A DNA stretch of 64,000 nucleotides from assembly GCA_965217185.1 (NCBI GenBank), contig OZ244252.1, positions 2,176,001 to 2,240,000 on the forward strand, written 5' to 3'. Shown here in pieces: positions 39,831-49,786 of this stretch. The notes under the pieces are model-generated. The model was not told the DNA's origin. It was given only the letters and a program-made list of their open reading frames with translations, and ran no database searches. The DNA comes from an uncultured Candidatus Entotheonella sp. (GTDB taxonomy: Bacteria; Tectomicrobia; Entotheonellia; Entotheonellales; Entotheonellaceae). Within the stretch, counting starts at the first letter, position 1; every line of letters starts with the position of its first letter. The position numbers were made by a program, and so were the translations under genes.

Positions 39831-40955
39831 TTGAAGATCACAGACATTACGGTGAATCAGTTGAAGAGCTTCTTGCCCAAGGAAGCGACCCCGTTCGTCG
39901 GCGCCGGCGGCCGGCTGATCGTGCGGGTGTACACCGACGAAGGCATCGTGGGCATCGCCGAGGGCTCCCGCAACCTGAGCGTATTCCGGGCCTACATCGA
40001 CGACCTTGTCAAGCCGCTGCTGGTTGGCGTTAATCCCTTGCAGCCCAAGCGCATCTGGGAACTGCTGGCGCAGGGCAGCGGGCAACACGCGACGCGGTTT
40101 CCGCCGCAGGTCGTCGGTGCCATAGACATTTGCTGCTGGGACATCCTGGGCAAAGCGGCCGGCCTTCCGGTGCATACGTTGCTCGGCGGCCTCAAGCGAC
40201 GCGAAATCCCTTTGTACTGGAGCCGCGGCAACGGTTGGAAGAAGGCGCCCGGCGCCATGCTGCAGGAAGTGCAGGAGGGGTTCGATAAGGGTTTCCGGGC
40301 CTTCAAGGTGCGCATGGATTGGCGGGACTATCGGCAGGACGGCAACCCGATGAAGGACTTCGCTATCTTCCGCACCTGCAGGGAATGGCTGCCCGACGAC
40401 GTGCCGCTGGGTTTCGACGCCAACAACGGCTATTCCGTCTCCACGGCAATCGAGCAGGGCCGCCGGTTGGAGTCATTTGGCGTGGCGCACTTCGAGGAGC
40501 CGCTGCCGCAATACGACCTGCGTGGCCTGCGGCAGGTGGTCGACGCGCTGGATTGCGCCGTGTCCACTGGTGAGCAGGAGACCTCGTCGTGGCGCTTCCG
40601 GGACCTGATGGACCTGGCGAATCCCGACATCCTGCAGCCGGACATTCTGAACGTCGGCGGCCTCACCGAAATGCTGCGGGTGTACGACATGGCGGTGGCC
40701 AGCAACAAGGTCATCATGCCGCACAGTCCCAACGTCGGCGTCAATTCGGCTGCCAGCCTGCACGCCTACGGCACCATCACCAACGCCGTCAGGCCGCACG
40801 AATTCTCAGAAGAATTCACCGGTCCCGCCGAGCGTGTTGCGGAACTGTTCGTGGAGCCGATCATTCCCGAAAACGGCGTCATCAAGCTGCCGGACAGGCC
40901 CGGATTTGGGCTGGAGTTTGACGACAAGGTTCTGGAAAAGGCGATTATTGCCTGA
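39831..40955 (+). CDS. Mandelate racemase / muconate lactonizing enzyme family protein
   Basis: TDEGIVG, AIDICCWDILGK..GLPV..LLGG, KVR, DAN, EEP, GE, QPD motifs. Confidence 0.92.
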   Translation: MKITDITVNQLKSFLPKEATPFVGAGGRLIVRVYTDEGIVGIAEGSRNLSVFRAYIDDLVKPLLVGVNPLQPKRIWELLAQGSGQHATRFPPQVVGAIDICCWDILGKAAGLPVHTLLGGLKRREIPLYWSRGNGWKKAPGAMLQEVQEGFDKGFRAFKVRMDWRDYRQDGNPMKDFAIFRTCREWLPDDVPLGFDANNGYSVSTAIEQGRRLESFGVAHFEEPLPQYDLRGLRQVVDALDCAVSTGEQETSSWRFRDLMDLANPDILQPDILNVGGLTEMLRVYDMAVASNKVIMPHSPNVGVNSAASLHAYGTITNAVRPHEFSEEFTGPAERVAELFVEPIIPENGVIKLPDRPGFGLEFDDKVLEKAIIA

Positions 40956-40967
40956 GCAGGATGCAGA

Positions 40968-41774
40968 TCAGGAGAGGGCGCCGAGGAAGCGCAGGGTTTC
41001 GTGGGCGCATTCTTCGCTGCGGGTCAGGAAGACGTGGTGGCTGGAATCATAGAACATGACCAGGCGGGCGTTGGGAATGGCTTCGCACATCGCCCGCGCG
41101 TCCTCCACCGGGACGATCGGCGACTGGCCGGGATGCAAAATGAGCGTCGGCACCGGCACTCGTGGGCACTTCGTTGACATGTCAATACTCGGTAGGAAGC
41201 GCGAGATGGCACGGATAACGTCAACATCCGTGCGCCCCACCAGATCGGCAAACCACTGAATCATCTGCTGGTCGTCTTTGTCGGGATCGAACCGTGTGGT
41301 GGTGTCGTACAGGTACCACTCCTTGACGGTCATTTGCTGGAGTTGTTTCGACCACTGCCGCACCTTGTCCTGCACCGCACCAGGATAGCGGTACGGCGTG
41401 GAGCACAGCGTCAGGCTGGCAAGGCGGTCTGGATAATCGAGGGCAAACTGAATCCCCACGTTCCCCCCCAGCGACTCACCTACCCAGTGAATGCGGCGGA
41501 CTGCCAGACGATCGAGCAGCAACTTGGCCTCGCGCGCCAGGGTCTCCAGGGACCACGGATAACCCACCCGCGGCGGTGCCGAGCGACCGTGCCCGCGGTA
41601 GTCCGTTCGCAGCACGCGATAGTGCCTTGCCAAGATGGGCACCCAGCCGTACCACACATCGACGGTGCGTCCCAGGCCGTGGTAGAGTAGCACCATTTCC
41701 GGCTCTTTCCAGGGGTCCGTGAAGTCGTCGATTTCGTAATACGTCAAATAACCGTCAATCTCACCGGTGAGCAT
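40968..41774 (-). CDS. Alpha/beta hydrolase
   Basis: HG oxyanion motif, DYRGHGRS, GESLGG nucleophile elbow. Confidence 0.9.
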   Translation of the reverse strand: MLTGEIDGYLTYYEIDDFTDPWKEPEMVLLYHGLGRTVDVWYGWVPILARHYRVLRTDYRGHGRSAPPRVGYPWSLETLAREAKLLLDRLAVRRIHWVGESLGGNVGIQFALDYPDRLASLTLCSTPYRYPGAVQDKVRQWSKQLQQMTVKEWYLYDTTTRFDPDKDDQQMIQWFADLVGRTDVDVIRAISRFLPSIDMSTKCPRVPVPTLILHPGQSPIVPVEDARAMCEAIPNARLVMFYDSSHHVFLTRSEECAHETLRFLGALS

Positions 41775-41858
41775 CGTTAACTCCTCCCGCCACCATCATT
41801 TTCTCGCCCGGCTCAGCGCATTATTTTTACGCCTTGGGGGCGAGTTGCGCAGGGGTGA

Positions 41859-41887
41859 GTTGTAGGGGAGATTGGCATCGTTGTCAA
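41859..41887 (-). promoter_or_regulatory. Putative sigma70 promoter
   Basis: Minus strand TTGACA-17 nt-TACAAC upstream of the hydrolase. Confidence 0.45.
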
Positions 41888-41911
41888 GTGCCGACAGAGG
41901 GAGAGCAGGTG

Positions 41912-42682
41912 ATGGATTTGTTTGATTTGCACGGTAAAGCGGCAATCGTGACCGGGGGCAACGGCGGCCTGGGACGCGGCATGGCGCTGGGTTTGGCGGC
42001 GGCCGGTGCGAACCTGGTGATCGCGGCTCGCAATCAGGCCAAGACGGCTGAAACGGCAGCGGAATTGCGGCAGATGTACGGCGTCGAAGTGCTGGAGGTA
42101 CAGGTCGACGTGTGCGACGAAACCTCCGTGCACGCCATGGTGGAGCAGACGCTGAATACATTCGGTCGGTTGAATATCCTGATCAACAACGCGGGCACCA
42201 ACATCCGCAGGCCGCCCGAAGAGCTGAGCATGGACGATTGGCGCACCATCATGGACACCAACCTGACCAGCACCTTCCTCTGCTCGCAGGCCGTGTACGA
42301 CGCAATGGTGCAGGGCGGCGGCGGCAAGATCATCAACAATGGCTCGATGTTTTCCATCTTCGGCGGCAGCCACGTGCTGGCGTACGGTGCCAGCAAGGGC
42401 GGCGTGGTGCAGTTCACCAAGAGCCTGGCGGTGGCATGGGCCAAGGACAACATCCAGGTGAACGCCATCCTGCCGGGCTGGCTGTACACCACGCTGACCA
42501 ATCAGGCCATCCAGGACCTACCCGGCTTGCACGAGCGGGTGCTGTCGCGCAGCCCGCAAGCCCGCTGGGGCGAGCCGGAGGACTTGGCGGGGGTGGCGGT
42601 GTTTCTGGCCAGCAAGGCATCGGATTTCGTTACCGGCGTGGCGCTGCCGGTGGACGGCGGCTATTCGGTCATGGCGCCGTAA
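41912..42682 (+). CDS. Short-chain dehydrogenase/reductase (KduD-like)
   Basis: TGGNGGLG, NNAG, YGASK, VNAILPG, PVDGG. Confidence 0.93.
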   Translation: MDLFDLHGKAAIVTGGNGGLGRGMALGLAAAGANLVIAARNQAKTAETAAELRQMYGVEVLEVQVDVCDETSVHAMVEQTLNTFGRLNILINNAGTNIRRPPEELSMDDWRTIMDTNLTSTFLCSQAVYDAMVQGGGGKIINNGSMFSIFGGSHVLAYGASKGGVVQFTKSLAVAWAKDNIQVNAILPGWLYTTLTNQAIQDLPGLHERVLSRSPQARWGEPEDLAGVAVFLASKASDFVTGVALPVDGGYSVMAP

Positions 42683-42692
42683 GGCGGGCGGT

Positions 42693-43286
42693 TCAGGCGC
42701 GGGTCAGGCCCTGCAGGGCGATTTTGGTAAACACGTCCGCAACTTCCTGAGGTGAAAGCCGTCCGGCAGGGTTGTACCAGCGGTAGGCCCAGTTGCACAT
42801 GCCGAGGAGAGCGTAGCCGGCCATGGTGACATCGACGCCGTCGCGTATTTCCCCGGCGGCGATGCCCTGGCGCAGCAGGGTGTCCCATAGGCGCTGATAC
42901 TGCTTGGGGGTCTCGATGACATTCTGTTCCAGCTTGTCCATGAGGTGCCGGTAGTCGTGCAGGTACACGGCGATGTGCGGGTAATGCACATGGAACACTG
43001 TCATGTGGTTGGCAATAGCCTGGGCGATCTTCTCGGTGAACGGCAGGTCGGCGGCGACAATGGCTTCGAGTTCGCTGTACACCTCGCGGATGGGGTCGCG
43101 GACAACCAGATAGAGCAACTCTTCCTTACTGCGGATGTAGTAATACAGGCTGCCCTTGAGCATCCCCACGGCGGCGGCGATGTCTTCCAGGGTGGTCGCC
43201 CGATACCCCTTCTCCTTGAACAATCGGGCGGCCGTGGCGACGATGTCGCGCTCGCGCGAAGCCGATTCGTTTTTCGCTTTGCTCAT
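42693..43286 (-). CDS. TetR-family transcriptional regulator (KstR2-like C-terminus)
   Basis: AARLFKEKGY.ATTLEDIA..VGMLKGSLYYY..SKEELL; GMCNWAYRWY. Confidence 0.92.
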   Translation of the reverse strand: MSKAKNESASRERDIVATAARLFKEKGYRATTLEDIAAAVGMLKGSLYYYIRSKEELLYLVVRDPIREVYSELEAIVAADLPFTEKIAQAIANHMTVFHVHYPHIAVYLHDYRHLMDKLEQNVIETPKQYQRLWDTLLRQGIAAGEIRDGVDVTMAGYALLGMCNWAYRWYNPAGRLSPQEVADVFTKIALQGLTRA

Positions 43287-43369
43287 GGCTGTGCACGCCC
43301 CTCACGCGGTTGTCGGTTACGGCGTACATTCGCATAGGGCTTGGCTGCGACGCAACCTTTTCCGAGGGA

Positions 43370-44215
43370 TCAACCCAGGGTATAGGGCCAAATACTACTC
43401 AGCAGCATCCAGGCCAGGACGAGTCCCGTCGCCGCCATGCAGACAGCAGCCAGCATCGTATGCCAGGGTTGCTCGTCGCTGCGTTCGCGGTAGCCCACCA
43501 AAAAGCCGAGCAGGGCGCCTGCCACCATGCCGCCGCCGTGCCCCCAGTTGTTGATGCCGGGAATCAGCAGCCCAATGACGAAAATGCCGATTGCCCAGCC
43601 GCCGATCTGGCGGTAAATGGCCTCTCCGAACAACCCGCCGCGGCTCTTGCCGTAATACAGCGTTGCCCCGATCAACCCGCACAACGCCGCCGAGGCACCG
43701 ATGGTGAACGGAACACCCGCCACGTACGACACCCAGAAACCGGCGACGCCGGTCAGCGTGTAGAGCACGATCAGACGGTTGATGCCGTAGAGATGCCCCA
43801 CCAAGGGTATGAGCTGCCGCAATGCGAGCATGTTGAAAAGGATGTGCAGAATGCCGCCATGCAGGTAGTTGGCCGACAACAGCGTCCACCAGCGTTGCAG
43901 GTGATCGATGGGGATGGTGCCGGTGGCGCCAAGTTGTAACAGGCTCTGGTCGCTTGGCGACAGCGTGGTCAGCAGGTCGAACGAGACCTGGAAAGAGCGC
44001 GGAGAAACCAGCAACGAGATGACGTACATACCGGCGTTGATGCCGATGAGAACTTTGACCACCTGATTAGGGTCGTGCAGCCATCCCCGCAGGGTGAGGC
44101 GCTTCCACCAAGAGCCCGGTCGCTGCATGCCGCAGTGTGGGCAGAATGGCGCTTCCCTATTCAGCAGTTTGCGGCAACCAGGGCACAGCATCGACGGGCT
44201 TTGGCGCTGGCTCAT
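43370..44215 (-). CDS. Rhomboid intramembrane serine protease with N-terminal Zn ribbon
   Basis: CPGC..CPHC; HILFNM, GASA, GHGGG. Confidence 0.9.
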   Translation of the reverse strand: MSQRQSPSMLCPGCRKLLNREAPFCPHCGMQRPGSWWKRLTLRGWLHDPNQVVKVLIGINAGMYVISLLVSPRSFQVSFDLLTTLSPSDQSLLQLGATGTIPIDHLQRWWTLLSANYLHGGILHILFNMLALRQLIPLVGHLYGINRLIVLYTLTGVAGFWVSYVAGVPFTIGASAALCGLIGATLYYGKSRGGLFGEAIYRQIGGWAIGIFVIGLLIPGINNWGHGGGMVAGALLGFLVGYRERSDEQPWHTMLAAVCMAATGLVLAWMLLSSIWPYTLG

Positions 44216-44268
44216 CATCTCCCTCGTAATGGTGGATTATGGGTCGGAAAGACGGCAGGGGTCGCGGA

Positions 44269-46191
44269 TCAGTGCGCTTCCAGGTACGTATAACTGGCCA
44301 GCCCGGATTCGTAGATGCCTAACAGATGGCGGGACGCCTCAAGGGGCATGCGCCCGGCCCGCAGGGCACGTTCGATCGACCGGCGCAAGCGGGCAACAAG
44401 GTCGTCGCGGGAATAGTTGGCGTAGTTCAGCACGTCCGTCACCGTATCGCCGGCCACGACGTGATCCAGATGATACTCGCCGTTGGGGCCGATGAAGACG
44501 TGCACCGTGTTGGTGTCGCCGAACAGGTTGTGCAGGTCGCCGAGAATTTCCTGATAAGCGCCGACCAGAAAGAAGCCGAGGTAATAATCTTCGCCTGTGG
44601 GGGAGTGCAATCGGATCACCTGTTTTACGTCGCGTCGGTCAATAAACTCGTCGATTTTGCCGTCCGAGTCGCACGTGATGTCCGCCAGCACGGCGCGGCG
44701 CGTGGGCTCTTCCTGCAGGCGGTGAATGGGCATGATGGGGAAGAGTTGCTTGACCGCCCAGAAGTCGGGGATCGACTGAAACAGCGAGAAATTGCAGAAG
44801 TACGTATCCGCCAGCAGCCGCTCCAAGGCCTCGAGTTCCTCGGGGATTTCGTCCGTGTCGCGGATGAAGCGCAGGATCCTCTGGCAGATGCCCCAGAAAT
44901 ACTCCTCCGCCAGCACCCGCTGCTGCAGTTGCAAGTGACCGAGGGCGAACAGGGTCAGCGTCTCGTCCTTGTATTGCAGGGCGTCGTGGTAGGCTTCCAG
45001 CAAATTCTTGCGGGTCAATTCGCGGTACGTGTCGTACATGTTCCACACCACGGCTGCGGCGTCCTTCGGCGGCTCGCTGGCCGGCGAGCCGGTGCCGAAT
45101 TCACTGACCCCGAGGATGTCGGTGACCAGCACGCAATGATGCGCCACCGTGGCGCGGCCGGATTCGCTGACCAGAATCGGGGTCGACACCGAGGCTTCCT
45201 CGCACATTTCCAGGACGGCGTAGACCACGTCGTTGGCGTATTCCTGAAGGGTGTAGTTGATGGAGGAATGAAAGTTCGTCTGCGAGCCGTCGTAATCGAC
45301 CCCGAGGCCGCCGCCGACGTCGAGGTAGCGCAGCGGCACGCCCATTCTGACCAACTCGCAGTAAAAACGGCCGGCTTCCCGCAGGCCGTCCTTGATGTTG
45401 CGAATGTTTGAGATCTGGCTGCCCAGGTGGAAGTGAAGCAATTCAAACGTGTCAAGAAGATCGTGCTGGCGCAGCAGGTCGATGGATTCCAGCAGCTCGC
45501 GCGCCGAAAGGCCGAATTTGGAATGATCCCCGCCCGACGCCTCCCAGCGGCCGCTGCCGCGGGTCGACAACCGCAGACGCACGCCGATGCGGGGGCGAAC
45601 GTTCGTTTTCGCGGCAAGGCGGGCGATCAGGGGCAATTCGCTGAGCTTTTCCACCACCAGAATGATGGTGCGGCCCATGGTGCTGCCGAGCAGGGCGGTT
45701 TCGACGTATTCCTTGTCCTTATAGCCATTGCAAATGATCAGGGCTTCCTCGTCTTCCAGCATAGCCAACACGGCCAGCAGCTCCGGCTTCGAGCCCGCTT
45801 CGAGGCCGTGGTGATAGGGCCGCCCGAAGCGCACCACCTCTTCGACCACTTGGCGCTGCGGGTTGACCTTCACCGGATACACGCCGCGGTACGTGCCCTG
45901 ATACCCATATTCTTCAATAGCGTTCTGAAAGGCGTGGTTGAGCTCGTCGATGCGGCTGCGCAGGAGGTCTGAGAAGCGTAGCAGGAGCGGCAGTCCGACG
46001 CCGCGCTGCCGAACCTCATCGACCAGGGCTTTCAAATCAATGGTGTGACCCGCCTGGTCCGGCGGCGTTACCAATACGTGGCCGGCGTCGCTGATGCAGA
46101 AGTGGCCCTTTCCCCAATCGTCGATACCATAGGTCTCGACCGCATCAGCCACCGACCAGGGCCTGGGAAGGGTCCCCGCTGTTTTTGACAT
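44269..46191 (-). CDS. speA: Biosynthetic arginine decarboxylase
   Basis: VYPVKVN, GLEAGSKPEL, HFHLGSQ, DVGGGLGVDYDG, DITCDSDG, GAYQEILGDLHNLFG. Confidence 0.96.
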   Translation of the reverse strand: MSKTAGTLPRPWSVADAVETYGIDDWGKGHFCISDAGHVLVTPPDQAGHTIDLKALVDEVRQRGVGLPLLLRFSDLLRSRIDELNHAFQNAIEEYGYQGTYRGVYPVKVNPQRQVVEEVVRFGRPYHHGLEAGSKPELLAVLAMLEDEEALIICNGYKDKEYVETALLGSTMGRTIILVVEKLSELPLIARLAAKTNVRPRIGVRLRLSTRGSGRWEASGGDHSKFGLSARELLESIDLLRQHDLLDTFELLHFHLGSQISNIRNIKDGLREAGRFYCELVRMGVPLRYLDVGGGLGVDYDGSQTNFHSSINYTLQEYANDVVYAVLEMCEEASVSTPILVSESGRATVAHHCVLVTDILGVSEFGTGSPASEPPKDAAAVVWNMYDTYRELTRKNLLEAYHDALQYKDETLTLFALGHLQLQQRVLAEEYFWGICQRILRFIRDTDEIPEELEALERLLADTYFCNFSLFQSIPDFWAVKQLFPIMPIHRLQEEPTRRAVLADITCDSDGKIDEFIDRRDVKQVIRLHSPTGEDYYLGFFLVGAYQEILGDLHNLFGDTNTVHVFIGPNGEYHLDHVVAGDTVTDVLNYANYSRDDLVARLRRSIERALRAGRMPLEASRHLLGIYESGLASYTYLEAH

Positions 46192-46518
46192 GCAGTCAAC
46201 TCCTTCTGCCGCCGATACGCCGTGCAGCGGCGGGCAGGCTCGTCAGGGAAAGGCAGGGGTCGGGCATCGACCGGAAAACACACTACGTAGCTGGTTCATG
46301 GACGGCGGAATGGTAGCATGTTCAATAACAAAGCGCATGGCCGGGGGCAGCACGCCGAGCATGAAAGGGTTCCGAAACGGCGCCCCGCGGCCGGGTGAAG
46401 AGGGTTGAATCCCGCCGGAGCCGCGTTTACATTGGTGCCCCCGAGGGCGGCGATACGGCCTTTATCCCCAAACCGAGCCTCCTCCCGCCATAACCTCTGC
46501 TGAGACAGGAACATAGCC

Positions 46519-47178
46519 ATGGCCGATATCCCGGGAGACGATCCGATTTTCGAAGATCGATCACAGTTGCCTGATCCGCTGCCCATTTTCCCCTTGCCCA
46601 ACGTCGTCTTGATGCCCAACGCCAGCTTGCCCCTGTACATTTTTGAAGAGCGCTACAAGGAGATGGTGCGGGATTGCCTGGAGGGCCAGCCGTATTTGTC
46701 GGTGGCAATGCTTCAAAAGGGCTGGGAGCAGCAGTCGGGAACGCCGCGGCCCTATCCCATTGCGGGATTCGGACGCATCACGCGGGCGGTGCGGCGCCCC
46801 AACGACTGCATGGACATCGTTATCCAAGGCATGGGACGTATCGAGATGCTCGATTTCCACGAGGACCGCGCGTACTTGCGCGCCTCGGTGCGGACACTGA
46901 ACCCTGATTTGGCGAACCAGGCGCTGCTGACCCAGCAGGCTGATGCCATGCGGCAGCAGTTTATCGACCTGCTGGACCGCAAGGGTGTCGCCACCGACCA
47001 GATTCGCACTCAGTTGAAGCTGCTTGCCAGTCCGATCGACATGGTCTTCTTCGTCGCCTCACACCTGCCCCTTGACCCGCATGCGCAGCAGGAGGTGCTG
47101 CAAACGCTGTCGGTCGAGGAGCAGATCGCGCGGCTCACCCGCGTGTTGGGCATGATGCGGGGCGCGAAACTCAATTAA
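46519..47178 (+). CDS. LON peptidase substrate-binding (N-terminal) domain protein
   Basis: LPIFPLPNVVLMP...LPLYIFEERYKEMV.DCL. Confidence 0.9.
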   Translation: MADIPGDDPIFEDRSQLPDPLPIFPLPNVVLMPNASLPLYIFEERYKEMVRDCLEGQPYLSVAMLQKGWEQQSGTPRPYPIAGFGRITRAVRRPNDCMDIVIQGMGRIEMLDFHEDRAYLRASVRTLNPDLANQALLTQQADAMRQQFIDLLDRKGVATDQIRTQLKLLASPIDMVFFVASHLPLDPHAQQEVLQTLSVEEQIARLTRVLGMMRGAKLN

Positions 47179-47199
47179 AACAGGCGGGGAGGGGAAGCG

Positions 47200-48510
47200 T
47201 CAGTCTGTGGGTAGGCAGCGGTGGGTGAACGGCTTGGCTTGCGGCCCAACATAGTCCGCTACCACGTGGCCGCGTCCGCTGAGGCGGTATTTGTAGAGCA
47301 CCAGCCCCTCCAGCCCGACCGGGCCGCGTGCGTGGGTTTTGTTGGTGCTGATGCCGATCTCGGCACCCTTGCCAAAGCGGAAGCCGTCGGCAAAACGGGT
47401 GGAGGCGTTGTGCATGACGGTGGCGGCGTCAACACCGTCGAGGAAGCGTTCGGCGGCTTGCCGATCCTCCGTGACGATGGTGTCGGTGTGGCCCGATCCG
47501 TGGCGATTGACGTGGGCAATCGCCGTTTCCAGATCGTCCACCAGGCGGACCGAGACGATCAGGTCAAGGTACTCGGTATCCCAGTCGACTTCCTTTGCCG
47601 GCACGATGTTCGGCAGCAGCGCCCGCGTGGCGTCGCAGCCGCGCATTTCGACACCTGCCTGCTTGTAAGCCTTGGCCAGCAGGGGCAGGAAGGTCGGCGC
47701 AATCTGCCGATGCACCAACACCGTTTCGATGGCGTTGCACACCGCTGGATACTGCACCTTGGCGTCGTAGCAGACGGCGACGGCCTGTGCAAGGTCGGCG
47801 TGTTGGTCCACGTAGGCGTGGCAGATGCCGTCGGCGTGCCCGAGCACCGGCACGCGGGTGTTATCCTGGATGTAGCGCACGAAGTCGTTGCTGCCGCGCG
47901 GCACGAACAGGTCGATGTGGTCCTCAAGTTGCAGCAGGGCGCGCACGTCCTCACGTGTTTCGATCATTTGTACCGCGTCTGCCAGATCGGGGTCGACAGC
48001 GTCGACGGCTCGGCGCAGCAGATTCACGAGCACCCGATTGGATTCCTGTGCCTCGGTGCCGCCTTTCAGGATGACCGCATTGCCGGACTTCCAGCACAGT
48101 GAGGCGATTTGCGGCACCGCGTCCGGGCGCGACTCGAAAATCGCCCCGATAACGCCGATGGGGCAACTCATCTGCCGCAATTCCAGCCTGTCATCCAGTT
48201 CCACCGCCGACAGCGTCTGGCCCACCGGGTCGGGCAATTGCGCGACGCTTTCCACCCCTTGCGCCATGCCCAGCACCTTGTCTTTGCTCAGCTTCAGGCG
48301 GTCCAGGAGCGGTTTCGACAACGCCCCGTTCGCCACCAGCTCGGTGGCGCGCTGTACGTCTTGTTGATTAGCCGCCAGAATGTCCGCGCGCCGGTCCCGC
48401 AACAAGTCCGCCATCCCCTGCAAGGCGCGATTCTTCACTTGCGTCGACAGGCCGGCAAGCCTTAGCGCGGCGTCCTTGGCGCGTCCGGCGGTTTCCTCTA
48501 TGGGATTCAC
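47200..48510 (-). CDS. proA: Gamma-glutamyl phosphate reductase
   Basis: PIGVIGAIFESRP, KSGNAVILKGG, VCNAIET, NASTRFADG, GISTNKTHARGPVGLEGL. Confidence 0.96.
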   Translation of the reverse strand: MNPIEETAGRAKDAALRLAGLSTQVKNRALQGMADLLRDRRADILAANQQDVQRATELVANGALSKPLLDRLKLSKDKVLGMAQGVESVAQLPDPVGQTLSAVELDDRLELRQMSCPIGVIGAIFESRPDAVPQIASLCWKSGNAVILKGGTEAQESNRVLVNLLRRAVDAVDPDLADAVQMIETREDVRALLQLEDHIDLFVPRGSNDFVRYIQDNTRVPVLGHADGICHAYVDQHADLAQAVAVCYDAKVQYPAVCNAIETVLVHRQIAPTFLPLLAKAYKQAGVEMRGCDATRALLPNIVPAKEVDWDTEYLDLIVSVRLVDDLETAIAHVNRHGSGHTDTIVTEDRQAAERFLDGVDAATVMHNASTRFADGFRFGKGAEIGISTNKTHARGPVGLEGLVLYKYRLSGRGHVVADYVGPQAKPFTHRCLPTD

Positions 48511-48563
48511 GACAATTTCCTTATCAATCAGCCAACCTAAACGGGGGGTCAAGAGCGGCATGG

Positions 48564-49073
48564 CTACCGGTCCGGGCAATGGTCCTCATTCGCGGCGATG
48601 GGGATTTGGCCCTTTACCATGCGGAAGCTCATGACCTCAGCCATGTTTGCCCTGACGCCGCAGTACAGGCCAATGGGATGCAGCGCGAGGCAAATGCGAT
48701 CCTCGTCATGCGTCGGGGTGTCCTCATTCAAGCGAACGTCGTTCGATATCCAATCGCTCACCTTGCCACCCAATTCAATGCCGAGCCCGCAGATTTCCGT
48801 GAAGTCGTCCTTGCCTGCCAGTGCTTTGCCGCTGATATCGATGTCGGCGGGCCGCCCGGTTGCCGTAAATTTGGCCCCGTGCCGGCAGACCAGGGGAAAC
48901 CAGCCGCCGATGCTTGCCTTGCCGTCTTCGGCCGTTTGCCCGTGGGGCTCGATCGTCAGCACTGCGATGCGCAGGCAGTGGTGCTGTGCTGCGGCAGCGG
49001 GTGCCGTGTTCAGCGGATCAATCACTATCACGGCCAGCGTCGCCAGAAACATCAACGCCGTCATCCTGCTCAT
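48564..49073 (-). CDS. Hypothetical exported protein
   Basis: AGAGG RBS and signal-like N-terminus; no recognised motif. Confidence 0.45.
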   Translation of the reverse strand: MSRMTALMFLATLAVIVIDPLNTAPAAAAQHHCLRIAVLTIEPHGQTAEDGKASIGGWFPLVCRHGAKFTATGRPADIDISGKALAGKDDFTEICGLGIELGGKVSDWISNDVRLNEDTPTHDEDRICLALHPIGLYCGVRANMAEVMSFRMVKGQIPIAANEDHCPDR

Positions 49074-49118
49074 GTTTACCTCTTTGTATGGGGTGAGGAC
49101 ACCGCCCGTCAGCGCTGC

Positions 49119-49625
49119 TTAACGGTTATACCGATCGGTGGTTCCAGACGGCTGATTCTGTTCGCGGATGAGGTCGAGGGCTTCCTGTAGCGCCTTCAGG
49201 CGTTCTTCCTGCGAGGCCCGGCGGGTGGAGACCAATAGCACCTGCAGCGGGAATCCCCTGAAGCCTTGCGAGGCGGCCTGACCGTTGCTGTCGGTCACCT
49301 CGATATAGTATTCCAGTCCCGAACCGGCCAACAGCCAGTCGGGCACCACGGCTTGGTACCGCTCACCCTCGACGTGTGACATCGGCAGGGCCATGAAGTC
49401 GCCGCGGCCCGCAGAGCGGCAAAAGACTTGCGCCTTGCGGACGCCGGCCGCGGCGGTAATTGTGGCTTCGATGGGCAGCGGCTTGCCGCGTGCCTGAGGC
49501 CGGGAGAAGCCCTGGTGGGTGATGGAAAGCGCTCCGTTCTGCTGCCCCTGAATCACGGTGGCAAACAACAGAACGGAAAGCCCCAGGAAGACCATCCAGC
49601 CGCCGATTTTAGGTTGCCGAAACAT
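49119..49625 (-). CDS. Hypothetical exported protein with Ig-like beta domain
   Basis: GGGAG RBS, signal peptide, YQAVVP...GLEYYIEVTD pattern. Confidence 0.65.
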   Translation of the reverse strand: MFRQPKIGGWMVFLGLSVLLFATVIQGQQNGALSITHQGFSRPQARGKPLPIEATITAAAGVRKAQVFCRSAGRGDFMALPMSHVEGERYQAVVPDWLLAGSGLEYYIEVTDSNGQAASQGFRGFPLQVLLVSTRRASQEERLKALQEALDLIREQNQPSGTTDRYNR

Positions 49626-49668
49626 GCTCGCACTCCCTTGCACAAACGGGTGCTGGGAAATCAGCCCA

Positions 49669-49709
49669 GAAGCCACGGAAGCCACGGAAGCCACGGAAGC
49701 CACGGAAGC
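49669..49709. repeat. 9-bp tandem repeat (GAAGCCACG x about 4.5)
   Basis: Four perfect copies plus GAAGC in the intergenic region. Confidence 0.95.
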
Positions 49710-49757
49710 GGCATGTTACCCTTCGCTATCGGGCCGTGTCCAGCGCCTACTTGCAAC

Positions 49758-49786
49758 TTGACAGCCCATATACCCGCACGCATAAT
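49758..49786 (+). promoter_or_regulatory. Putative sigma70 promoter of gltBD
   Basis: TTGACA-17 nt-CATAAT. Confidence 0.6.

Larger units (their letters stand above)
38398..39886. repeat. Diverged direct tandem duplication (about 720 and 770 bp units)
   Basis: 38398-39115 and 39116-39886 are colinear, from ccggcgg.gtaat.cttggcaccggctgg to gagcttcttgccc..ggaag. Confidence 0.9.

Noticed and set aside
38398..39886. DGR template/variable repeat pair
   Set aside because: Differences involve all bases plus indels and span gene boundaries, which fits ordinary tandem duplication
46360..46445. Cobalamin riboswitch
   Set aside because: Only fragments resemble it; the AGGGAA and GCAACTGT elements are missing and the flanking genes are not B12-related
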